DNA from: Mobula hypostoma
Taxonomy: Eukaryota
Length of the DNA: 64,000 bases
Assembly (NCBI RefSeq): GCF_963921235.1
Contig: NC_086101.1
Coordinates: 70,184,001-70,248,000 of the forward strand
Direction: 5' to 3'
Shown: in pieces, positions 49,221 through 60,697 of the stretch
Numbering within the stretch: position 1 is the first letter of the stretch
Layout: each line of letters opens with the position of its first letter
Program-made: the position numbers and the translations under genes
The notes under the pieces: model-generated
Databases searched by the model: none
Told to the model about the DNA's origin: nothing
What the model saw: the letters and a program-made list of their open reading frames with translations, nothing else

Positions 49221-51399
49221 CCAGAATCACCTATCCAGATTTCCCCAAGCTCTATGTGACGGGCTAATCTTGCACAGGAGTTGGGTCACAAGGCCTCAGA
49301 GGGGAATGTCCCAGTTGATACCCCGATGTTCATAATCATTTAAATATATGAAAGATAACTACTAACAAAATTATTTTTAAAAGTTAAAAATTTATTTTTG
49401 TACTTCCAAATTAATAAAAGATTAAACTAAAATAGAGTAAGTGAAGCAAAGCATCCACCTTCTAGATCATGAATCCCCACTGAAATGAATGGGACCTGTG
49501 ACTGTTCACCAGTTCTGACTTATCTCCACCATTGGATGCCACGTGCATTCGTAACAGCAACATAACTGTGTTGACCTCGGGCCAACAACTTAGAACATGA
49601 ATTCTACTATTCCCTTGGAACCAATACTCACTCAGACCACTTTTCTAATTTATAACAATGAAACAGGGGATCTCCCCTTGGCCAGACAATTGCTCATTCC
49701 TTCTCCTAGCCCCTGGCTTGGGGGTTCTTCCTTGCGATGGTGATTCTCTGGAGTTATCGCTGATAGTGCAATCGAAGTGTCCACTTTTATATTCATTCCT
49801 TATCAATTCAAATAAAGGGTTCCGGTATCTTTGGATATTTATCACCTTCTTATAGGGTCTGGTTCAGGGTTACAACCCACATTGTTCGATGCTTTCTGCC
49901 CCCCAGTCTCATGTCTTAGTTCCTTTTAACCCTGGTTCAAACCAGTCCAACTAGGTAACCCTGAGTCTAACAAGCTTACAGTGTTCTCTGGTCGGTCTGC
50001 CACTTTACATAGTAAATTGCTATTCGTCTGAGAGTGGTCTCAAGTTTAGTAGGTCATTACCTGAAGCTCCTTGTGTCTATGTTCAATCACTTTGATTAGA
50101 GAATTCCAGAGGAAGAATCAGTTCAGAGCCCACAAAATGGAGGGGGAGGGGGTACTATCTCACAACATGGGTGCCTCCATCCACTGTCCTTGATCCATTC
50201 CAGTTTGAAGTTTTCTTCCATATTTTAAATCTGCCATGGCCAACAGTGACGCGATTAATTCCCATTAAATCACCATTTTCAATGTGTCATACTCCTGTTT
50301 CTTGGTGAATTAATTACGAAGATCTTGTGTCATAATCTTTGATCTGATTTCTGTTGTTGACTGATTTAAACAAGCCTGAGAATGTGTCCAACATACAAAA
50401 GGGAAATGATATCTGTGTTGGAGTGAATCACAATAATCTAGTCTAATTTGCTCATAGTGAGGAAATTGAGACAAATGCTTTAAAGAAACACATAACACTT
50501 GATATACTCCCACCTGTGCATATTGCTCTTTATTCTCACTTGAACAATAACTGTAAATAAGTACAATTTATAGGCAGTTCTTTGCAAAAATGTTTTCCAA
50601 CTTAAGGACTGGCTATTTTCTTGGCTGTGCTACTGAGACACAACCAGCAGTTTGTTTTAAACATCAGGAAAGGGAGAATGAAATGTGACGCATGGAATTA
50701 TTTTTCTCAAGCAAGGTAAGGTGTTTTGCTGTGATTTTGATGTGCAGTGCTGTTTGGGCTCAGGGTTGCCTCATTCAACAAACACGAGCACTTTCAGTGA
50801 GAACATTACATAAAGGCTTAAGTTCATGACAATAGCTGATGGCAATGACTGCATACATGGCGAATGTATTTGTAAATCTTGTTAAGAAGCAGGGTTCAAT
50901 TACATGCAAATTCTGGATTTCTGTGATTAATTGCTATGTGCAGTTTCCAATGTGTTGCTGTCAGTTTTACAAAGTAATAAAACAAAAGGGAACAGTTTCA
51001 TCATTAATGCAGCCTCAAGCACTGAGTTACTCAAAATATAATTTGTCGAAAGTATTCTTTGCACCAGGGCTCTATTTACTTCTCCCTCCAGCCTTTTCAA
51101 ATTTTCTGGGTTGATTATGAGTATAATAAACACTATATTAAATAATTTATTCAATAGATTTCCTCTCAGTGGTATCAAAATGATCAATGCATTGGCAACA
51201 AGTCAGTTTTATACTGACACCACCATTGGTTTGATTTTCTTTCACTTCTTCACACTGAGAAATACGCTCATGTATATGCACCAGCTTCTCCCAATGCATA
51301 AAAGAATCCTGCTGTTCTTGCTTCCAAGATTTTTGAATGTTTCTGCAGATGTATGTTTTCTCTTTCTGAACTTCCACCAATGAATAATATAACAAAAGG

Positions 51400-52531
51400 C
51401 TTTCTGCAATACCCAGGAAGTCCAAGGCATTATACCTACTCCTCAGCTACTTAGTTGCATTGTGCAAGTTTTGCTTTTAAACCTGCAGTGGTCTGGTGTA
51501 TGTGGACCCCTGCCACGACAGTGACACAATTTATTCAGCCAGGCATGATTCTGTTTAGATGTTGCAATTTTGTTCACACTCATTTTCATTCCTGACTGCA
51601 ACTCAGTTGCATTCTCTGGCTGCTGTTTCCATTGATGCAGCGATTTCAATCGCTCTTTTAAATGTAGGTTGGGTTCAGTTAAGAACCATTTTTGAATGCT
51701 TTCTTATAAGATTCCTCAAATTAAATAATCTCTCAGTGCATCGTTAAGCCCATCTCCGAACTGACAATGCTCACACAATTTCTTCACTTCAGCCACGTAA
51801 GCTGAAATGGACTCCCCTTCATTTTGAGTTTGCTTCTGAAACCAAAAGCGTTCTGCTCTCAACAATAGCTTCAATTCTAGATATTCTTGCATCAGCAAAC
51901 CTCATTTTAACTGTTTCAGTTGGAACAGTTAAACTTCTAAGCCAACTGTATGCCTTACAACTTATTGCATTCAGCAAAATTGGCACTCAGTTTATATTCA
52001 CTATTTTATTTGCTTCAAAATACTGTTTAATATGTTCAGTATGCACCATCTAGTTATCTGTTGTGCAATCAAATTCGCGACTATCTTTCCAATGTAGCCA
52101 GCTGTTACTGCTTTTTAAAAAATCTATTATTATTAGCTCCTGGTACTCACTGTTCATGAAGCCGTGAATTTCGTCCATTTTCTGCCATTTTTTAAAACTC
52201 AAATGTCTCCCCTTATGAAGAAAAAATGTTCTGCACATCAACTGGTAGTTAGTCATCTTGGGTTTGCTTTTAAAACTTATTCATCGCTACTGTTGTGTTT
52301 TGTAACTGCAGAAAGTAATTGAAAGCAAAACACAAGGGCCAGGAATACTTGTGTTCTTAGTTTTACCTCAGCGAGGTGTTCAACTATGACATGGTTGCTT
52401 AATGATGTATGCCGTTCATATACTTGCTGCATATAACTCATAATAAATTATGTAAAAAAGCAAAGAATGGTTAATCAATTAATATATTTATAATATTACT
52501 CAAGTATTACTGAAATATTAAATACACTGCA
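51400..52531 (-). mobile_element. Gypsy LTR retrotransposon remnant (5' LTR 52291-52531, PBS, gag)
   Basis: Gag motif AERFWFQKQTQNEGESISAYVAEVKKLCEHCQFGDGLNDALRD and zinc-knuckle remnant CHCRGRGPHTPDHCRFKSKTC. A degenerate TGGCGACGA-type PBS lies next to the LTR (~52279-52290). Confidence 0.8.
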
Positions 52532-52861
52532 TTTGGGTTAGTGAGTCATGGGCATGCTCACTTGGTGTCAGAACTGTGGCAACACTTGCATTGTTCTTGG
52601 ACTGTGTTGGTCATTGATGCAAAATGACCAACAGCTTGTTTCGATGTTTCAATGTACATGTGAAAAATACAAGCTAATCTTTATCTAAGTTGGGTTTGCT
52701 GATATATTTCCATTGTACGTATCACATGGTACTCAGATTAACTCTATTTCACAAAATGCTAATTGAAACTATGTTGTAATAATATTTCTATAATTTCTTG
52801 ATACTATTGTACATTCTTGCCTTTAACTTGTTCCAGTAAAAAGCTGAAAAAACAGAAGTAT

Positions 52862-53323
52862 AGTGGAAGAATCTACCCTGTTTTACCATACTTTACTGGA
52901 AGAGAATTTACCCCATGATCAAACAGAAATAAAGGCACAGACCTCAGTATAAGTTTAACCCTTTAATATGTGATGTCAGGTTACATCTTAAGTTTATACA
53001 GTAAATTTTGGACAATAGCCAACAGCTAAGCTTACTTGGTCAGCGATTTCAAGAAGCATTTATTACGTGTCAGCAAGTCTACAAATGTTTCCACGTGGTA
53101 CACAAAATTAGAACTGCATCTCTGTATTCACTTTCCCGATTAGCCTGACAGACTCAGACAAAGGTCAGCAATACTTCATTATTGACATGACATATTGTTA
53201 GCTACCACAAGGAAGACAGAATTTGTGTCTTATCCTGTCTTCCTCATGATCCAAATCTTGGATAATACTTAGCTAGTCAAGTTTGACAACAAATTTTAAT
53301 TCAAAATTTAATTTTCTTCCACA
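52862..53323 (-). promoter_or_regulatory. Putative ERV 3' LTR
   Basis: On the minus strand the purine tract AAAAAGGAAAGG precedes TGTGGAAGAA. Inverted terminal motif GTGGAAGAA at 52863. TATAAA (~52993-52998) is followed by ATTAAA (~52962-52967). Confidence 0.55.
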
Positions 53324-55830
53324 GGCCTTTCCTTTTTGATCATCTGATCAACCTTATCCCTCATCCACCTCTTCACACTTCTCCTCTATTTCCTCGCAAT
53401 AAGGAATGTCATACCCAAGGGATAAAGGCCTTATGTTTAACTGGGCTTCTTCATCATATTCTGGATTGAAAAATTCCAGTTTAACATGTGGGAATAATTT
53501 TTCAGGAGGAGCCAGATGCTGAGTTATCCAAAAACATGCACATCATGTCACCATGACCACCGGTATGATCATTACCAAAATTAGCCCATAGGGTTCCCCA
53601 CCTAAATCAGTCTTTTCTTTGCACTAACTCCTTCCCATTCACTGCCCTGTCCTGTTTTTCTGGCACCAGCACTTTCCAGCTGTTTGAGTAGCTACATGCA
53701 CCTAGGCACATAATGATTTGTTAAATTATAGTTAAGCAGATACCATCCCTCAAACAATACCCCTCAGATTGACATTCGTGTAGCTTGTTCTTCTGTCGAT
53801 TATCTATTCCCTCCTGTATCCATTCCCTTCTTTTATCTGGCCCGTAGTAGCTCTTAAAATTGCTGGTTATTATATCAAAGCACTCTTGGTCCTTCTCATT
53901 GATGAGAATTGGCTTTATGCATAAGAATCCTCATATACACCCAACAACTAATTTCATTAGTCCGTGTGGCATATTCATAAGCTAAGTATTATAGGTTCTT
54001 TGCAACATATTCAGCTCCACACAACAGAAGTAATTTCTTCATAATTCTATCTTCTTCAGGAGAAGATAACTTACACTTGGTTCCATGTATCTAATCAGGC
54101 TTCCCTTGGACTTTTACAGCAGTTCTTGTCACCAGAATCACCTGATAGGGCCCTTTTCACCTAGGAGAAAGAGAGACTTCCTTAAGTGCCTTTACATAGA
54201 GACAGTCCCCAGGAAGGGATGAGTGTCTTCTTTCCCCAGCTGAGGTAAGGCAGCGTCTACCTGTCCGTAATTTCTATGGTTTTTTCACTGGTCCAGACCA
54301 GGAACACTTGTGCACTAATCAAAGGAGGCCAAGACCCCACTGGCATCAGCCTTCTTATTAATACCTCAAAGGGAGTCAATTTAGTTGTCCGGCTCACCTG
54401 ATTTCTCAGAGTGTATGATGCTATGGGAAGAGCTTCTGGCTACCTCAATCCAGTTTCCTGACATACCTTAGCCAATGTATCTTTTAATGCTTCGTTCATT
54501 CTTTTTATTAGTCCTGATGACCGGGGCTGATACGGAAGAAGATATTCTCAAGTAAATCCTAATGCCTGACCCAATTCCTTAATTAATTTACATATAAAAT
54601 GTGTCCCTCTATCACTGTATGGAATTTTGTATGCAACCCCAAACCTGGGAATAATTTCCTTCATGAAGGCTTAACCACAGATTGAGTGCATTGCACCTGC
54701 ATGCGTGCTAGCATAGCTTTCTCTGCATTAGTGGCTTCTTTAGTAGCTGCCTCCTTAGTTATGGGGTCTGAGGCATTAGTGCGAGCTTCGCACTTACTGA
54801 CAGCAATTTGTTTGGGCAACTGCACTGCTTGTAGCATTTTTTTAAACGAGATACAGATGCATAATGAGTCCACCTGCATACATAATGACCCCCGATGTTA
54901 CCAAAGTGATTCAAAATCATGTACCACCCCGAAGACGTACCTGGAGTCTGTACAGATACTTACGGTGTATCCCTCGTGTTCGAGCAAAGAGCTCCGCAGC
55001 TTGAGAAATGTTCCTTGGGGAAGGTTTTGTACCTCTAAAGTTTCAAAGACAGTCACTGTCACATAGCCTGCCAATAGGGTGTGATAGTTAGACTTGAAAG
55101 AAGAGCAAAGAGTAAAGAGTATTATATCTGGGTTGTCAAGGGGTACAGTGAATAGGTCAGGTTGTGGTGACGCAACAATCTCCACTACTTTTACACAGCC
55201 ATGGGGTTTTGAGGAGTCTGTCATAGGAACCAGGGTGGCTGGGTTGAGTGTGGGCACTTTTTAAAAGTCAAATTCAGCTTGTTAAGTAACGTGACTTTGT
55301 ATCCCATGTGGCGGCTGGAAGTGAAATGTTGTGAAGCAACATTACAGCATGAGGTGTCAGTACCATACAGGCATGGTCTAGTATTAATGGTGCAGCCTTC
55401 TCGATCATTACCACAGTCGCTGCTATGGCCCTTAAACATCCTGGCATCCTTCTAACCACTGGAGGCAATAGGGTGGAGTGATACACTACTGGCCTTCGTA
55501 AGCCACCATGGTCTTGGTTACTACCGCACTTGCGAAACCCTCCTTTTCATTCACATACAGCTGGAATGGCTTGCTGTAATTGGGCAATCCCCAGTCCATT
55601 GTATTGTATCAGATGCATCCTGGTTTACTGTGACTCTTAGAACAGCTTCATAGATGCAATAGTCAGGTACCCAATGTCGGCAGTAATTCATCATTCCCAG
55701 GAAAGCTATCATCTGTCTCCTGATAGTGGGTCTGGGAACCTGCACAATGGCAGTCACATGCTCTGGCCCCAGATATGTTACTGTAGGCTGGCAGAGTTGT
55801 AAGTTTGGTAAGGAGGCTCTATGTTGTCTG

Positions 55831-56350
55831 TAGGGTTGCCAACTGTCCCGTATTAGCCAGGATATCCCATATATTGGGCTAAATTGGTTTGTCCCATACG
55901 GGACCGCCCTTGTCCCGTATTTCCCCAGCTAAGTTAGAGCGTTCCTATGAAGCCGTTCGTAAGCTGAAATGGCGTAAAGCACAGAAGCAATTACCATTAA
56001 TTTATACGGGAAAAATTTTTGAGCATTCCCAGACCCAAAAAATAACCTACCAAATCATACCACTAACACATACAACCTAAAAATAACACTGACATATAGT
56101 AAAAGCAGGAATGATATGATAAATACACAGCCTATATAAAGTAGAAATAATGTATGTACAGTGTATCAGAATAGGAAAGATTAAGCCAAAACCGATTTGT
56201 AGAAAAAAATTGGCACGTACACACATGTGCACACTGGTGTCCGCGCAAGGCTTCATGGTCATGGTAGTCTTTCTCAGGGTAAACACAAGTGTCCCGTATT
56301 TGACTGATACTTTTGTCGCTTATTTGGGAGTGAGAAAGTTGGCAACCCTA
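55831..56350. mobile_element. hAT-superfamily MITE (520 bp) inserted in the ERV RT
   Basis: Perfect 14-bp TIR TAGGGTTGCCAACT / AGTTGGCAACCCTA; 8-bp TSD GTTGTCTG (55823-55830 and 56351-56358); repeated GTCCCGTATT subterminal motifs. Confidence 0.92.
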
Positions 56351-57861
56351 GTTGTCTGGCACCCAAATGATTCGTCACAGAGTCTTTTCTACAATCAGTC
56401 AGTGTCTGTGAGGTCAACAATAAATCATCTGCATATTGTAAAATCATGCTGCCTCTGGGCAGTAGTAAATTTGCCAGATCATCACAGATGGCAGCTGCAT
56501 AAATGATATACAAGAGAAAAACCTTATCAAGAGTGCTTATAATTTGCTTGTGTGATACCTGAGTGCTATCCATTTTAGCCTATTTTATCAGTAATATTCA
56601 AAACATGACATACTTTCCTAATCAGCAGCACGACTGACAGTCTAACAAATAATTTAGTCCTGTGAAAAGAGTCATTTTTGTGGAAGACAAATTGATAGGA
56701 ATGTCCTGGTCTCATATGGAAACATACTTACAGTATGATTCTAAGCTTAAAGCAGAACCAAACTCCTCCTGACAGTAATAGCTGCAACTAATTAATTCAC
56801 CTGAATGTGTCTATACTTCAGCTACACTTCAAAATGCCCCTGTACTCAAAGTTACTGGGCTGCTGTCCTGCTGATCAACATATATTTCTTCCATTAACGT
56901 GTTTAACTGCCTCACTCATCCTCAATTTTTGGACATGTCAGGGTGCAAGAACATCTTTTAGATCTGTAGGATTCAGTGGTACTTTCCTTTCTCTCTGCCA
57001 TTAAGCACACCCCTGGTTAATCACTGCATCTCAAATGTCAAGGTGGCCAACTAATGCAAACACCTTATTAGTAGATTGAAAGGAAGCATTCATAATCTGT
57101 GTAATAAGAGTTGGTTGAGGTACAATAAAAGTCTGTGTCTGAGTTAGTGGATGGTTTCGGAAAAGTGCAGAGTGCACTAAGAGTATTTTGGAAATTGAGG
57201 CTGGAAATTTCATTACTAACCTTTTAAAACAGCACTGTAGGTCATCCAAATGCTATTTGGAAAGTGTGTAACATGAGTGGGAGTTTCAGTTGTGAGATTC
57301 TTAGAATAGCTTTTGGGAGGTTTCCTGTGTGACGCTGCTCTGAAACTGAATCTGAGGTGGTTGGTTTTCAGTGTAGTGAACTCTATTGACATAGTGCAGG
57401 TTCTTGCGACAGTAACCTGCTAGCTCAGCAGATGCAATCTTTGCACGCGGCTCTTAAAGGGATATGCCACTATACAAGCAGCACACATCCAAGTACCAGA
57501 GACGATTGCCTTGGAATGATAGATGAGAGGGGAGGCAAGGGGCAGGGAGATCTTCCAGGTTACAAGCTGATGTTGCTTGAAGACGTTGCAGGGAGGTTTC
57601 TATAAGGACGTGATTACAGCTTATGAATATGTAATGAGCAGGTCTAGAAAACAGGTAAATTTCTGTATTTGCTCCCCCTACAGTCATAGCTAGAAGGAGA
57701 AGGAGATCAGGTTCTTCTTGCCTGAAGATGATATGCTTGGGGCCTTCATTATACAAATGTGAGCAAAAAAACTGTCAGATGTGCCAAAAATCACCAGTAC
57801 CTACCTGAGATAAGGAAGCTGGGAATGTACTACATGTTGAACATTAGCCTTTTTGAATACT

Positions 57862-58158
57862 CAAACACGAGGAAATCTGCAGATGCTGGAATTTCAAGCA
57901 ACACACATAAAAGTTGCTGGTGAACACAGCGGGCCAGGCAGCATCTCTAGGAAGAGGTACAGTCAACGTTTCGGGCCAAGACCCTTCGTCAGGACTAACT
58001 GAAAGAAGAGCTAGTAAGAGATTTGTAAGTGGGAGGGGGAGGGGGAGGGGGAGATCCGAAACAATAGGAGAAGGCAGGAGGGGAGGGATGGAGCCAAGAG
58101 CTGGACAGTTGATTGGCAAAAGGGATATGAGAGGATCATGGGACAGGAGGCCTAGGGA
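57862..58158 (-). mobile_element. PLE pseudo-LTR copy
   Basis: Highly similar to the reverse complement of ~31400-31685. Confidence 0.9.
57960..57997 (-). ncRNA. Minimal type-I hammerhead ribozyme motif (GUU triplet variant)
   Basis: Minus strand: TAGTC CTGACGA A GGGTCTTGGCCC GAAA C GTT GACTG. Confidence 0.7.
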
Positions 58159-58389
58159 AAATCAAGGTTTCAGAGCAGAAAAGATTAGCAAAACCTAGTT
58201 GTTTTATGGATAAAGAACTGTCATTTTTCAGAACAATCATGCCAAATATCACCATGGAAGAATTTTTGCACATTTTAACACAACTTTCCAATTCCACAGA
58301 ATAGGTCAGCTGTCCCCACCTCTATCCCTGTTCCTACCTGACCAGGGATTTTTATAAAATGGCAAAATAAATCCCTATTCTAAGATGGG

Positions 58390-58670
58390 TCAGCTTGGTA
58401 GCATAGCAGTTAGTGTAACGCTTTACATCGCCTACGATCAGGCTTCAGTTCCGCTCTTGTCTTTAAGAAGTTTGTACGTTCTCCCCATGACCGCATGGGT
58501 TTCCTCCAGGTGCATCGGTTTCCTCCCACCTTCCAAAGACGTTATGAGTTAGGTTAGCAAGTTGTGGTGGCTCTGGAAGTGTGACAACACTTGCGGTCTG
58601 CCCCCAGCACATATTTAGACTACGTTGGTTGTTGTAAATTCACTGTATGTTTCAATGCTCATGGGAAAAA
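58390..58670 (+). mobile_element. tRNA-derived V-SINE (HE1-like)
   Basis: GGTAGCATAGCAGTTAG A-box-like head and GTTTGTACGTTCTCCCCATGACCGCATGGGTTTCCTCCAGGTGC..GGTTTCCTCCCAC..CCAAAGAC. Confidence 0.75.
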
Positions 58671-59334
58671 TGCATGGAGCCACAGAGTCATAGAGAAGTA
58701 CAGCACAGAAGCAGGCCCTTTGGCCCATCTAGTCCATGCCAAAACCACTTAAACCATTATACAGGCCATCTTTATCTTTAATCTTTATTCTGTTATGAAA
58801 TATCTTTTATTTGAGATTAAAATATTCATCATTTAACTGCTCTTCCCATTCTCTCTACCTCTCCATTCTATGAGCATCTATTCACAATTGCTAATGTTTC
58901 AAATGAGGCTTGACTTCCTACTAACTGGGTAACTCTGCCTGACTGCAGTTCCTTCGGCAATGAGCCATAAACAATTTTAATGCAGATTTCTGTTTAATCT
59001 AAAACCATGTTGTGAACTGTCCTTCCTATCTAAAAAAATATGTAAAACTCTTTCACTCTCTCATCTGGTGTCTTTATTAGTTGCTGGATAAAATCTTTAA
59101 TGTCACGGGATATAATTCTGAATTGCATTCCAAGAGGTTGAACACAATTTTGGGATTCTTATCCAAATTATACTCTTTTTATTTCACCAGAAGATCATTT
59201 GTGATCTGGAAGCAATCTTAATTTAGCATTTTTTGAATTAATACTGAATCATGTCAAATGCATACCCTGTAGGTTGAGTTGAGACGTTACATGCAATTAC
59301 CGTGTAAGATATTTCAACTGACGAACACTCTCAT

Positions 59335-59880
59335 TCAATGAGGCCACACTTAGGTTGGAGGAGTAGCACCTCATATTCTGTCAGGGTAACCTCCAACATG
59401 ACAATTGATTTCTCTAACTTCTGGTAGTTTCTTCCCCCCCAGTCTCTTTTTGCATTCTCCATACTGGCTCCTCTCTTACTCCCTGTTCTCCTCACCTGCC
59501 TATCATCTTACTCTGGTGCCCCTCCTTCTCTCCTTTTTTCAAGGGTCCACTCTCCTCTCCAATCAGATTCCTGCTTCTCCAGCCCTTTACCTTTTCCATG
59601 TATCATCTTCCATCTTATCACTTCATCTCTCCCCCTCCCACCCTCATCCAGCCAGCTTCCCCCTCACCTGGCTTCACTAAACACCTGTTGGCTTGTACTC
59701 CTTCACCTTCCCCGACCTTCTTATTTTGGCTTCTTTCCTTTTACTTTCCAGTCCTGAGGGGTCTCAGCCCAGAACGTCGACTGTTTATTCCTCTCCATAG
59801 ATGATGCCTGAGCTGCTGAGTTTTTCCAGCATTTTGTGTGCGTTACTCTGGATTTCCAGCAACGCCAGAATCTTTGTGAT
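59335..59880 (+). mobile_element. Old PLE 3' fragment
   Basis: GAGGCCACACTTAGGTTGGAGGAG matches the PLE ORF end; degenerate hammerhead at ~59749-59783. Confidence 0.8.
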
Positions 59881-59950
59881 TTGATAATCACACTGCTGTT
59901 GTGAAAGATCTATGCATTGTATCTTTGTATCAAGGTCAAATATATGTCTG

Positions 59951-60044
59951 CAACACACATCAAAGTTGGTGAATGCAGCAGGCCAGGCAGTATCTCTAGG
60001 AAGAGGTACAGTTGACGTTTCAGGCCAAGACCCTTCGTCAGGAC
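59951..60044 (-). mobile_element. Mini-PLE fragment ending at hammerhead stem I
   Basis: The minus strand begins GTC-CTGACGA-AGGGTCTTGGCCT-GAAAC-GTC. Imperfect flanking repeat TCA(A/G)AT(A/G)TATGTCTG. Confidence 0.8.
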
Positions 60045-60515
60045 CATCAATTCACTACTCAGATGTATGTCTGTTGTGTATTTTGAGTCTATGGTTTATT
60101 TGTATTGCCAGTGCAAAATTCCAAGTGTAGAGCACAACTAATTGATATGCATCATACCAACATAAAATCATTAAAAAACATAAAGGATGCATTGGACCAT
60201 CACCAATTTGTTTCATTAACAACATTTTAATTAAGTCATAGGGCACATGGATTTTAGGGCATGTGGCCTGATTGCCCAATGGACATTTATAATTCGTTGC
60301 ATTTTTAATCCATATAACATAAAATGAACCAAATCAATTCAAATTGACTCGAGTCATACTAAATTACTAATGAAAATATCATTCTTTCAAAAAGATTTCC
60401 ATAATTTAATTTTTAATATGTCAGTCTAAATCTGTATGTGAAACCTATTTGAAAGGCCTTTTGTTTGATACTGTATGAGCAATCAACTTGTCATATGCCT
60501 GCCTTCCAAATTCAT

Positions 60516-60655
60516 AAATCATCAGTCCTAATGAAGGAGCTCGGCCCGAAATGTCGACTGTTTGTTCGTTTCCATAGATGCTGCCTGGCCTGTGGAGTTC
60601 TCCAGCATTTTGTGTGTGTTGTTTGGATTTCCAGCATCTGCAGATTTTCTCTTGT
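60516..60655 (+). mobile_element. Mini-PLE fragment starting at hammerhead stem I (core mutated)
   Basis: CAGTC-CTAATGA-...-GAAAT-GTC-GACTG; 12-bp flanks TTCCAAATT(C/T)AT at 60504-60515 and 60656-60667. Confidence 0.8.
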
Positions 60656-60697
60656 TTCCAAATTTATGTTCTTTTTTTCCCCCCTCTTTAATTTTTG

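Larger units (their letters stand above)
52862..56505 (-). mobile_element. Class I (epsilon/gamma-like) endogenous retrovirus remnant: partial pol, 3' region and 3' LTR
   Basis: RT LPRGSMILQYADDLL, CQPTVTYLG and FLGMMNYCRHWVP; RNase H CTDSRYVFGVVHDF and LQAVQLPKQIAVSKCEA; integrase EIIPRFGV..SDRGTHF..PYQPRSSGLIKRMNEALK..LTPFEVL and GPYQVILVTRTAVKV. Confidence 0.88.

Noticed and set aside
49255-50164. Possible solo LTR (TGTGA...TCACA)
   Set aside because: No matching TSD (TCTA versus ACAT) and no second copy in the window, so it is left unassigned.
56679-56760. TGTGGAAGA as the boundary of the ERV 5' LTR
   Set aside because: The following sequence does not align with 52862-53323 and there is no adjacent TGG-type PBS.
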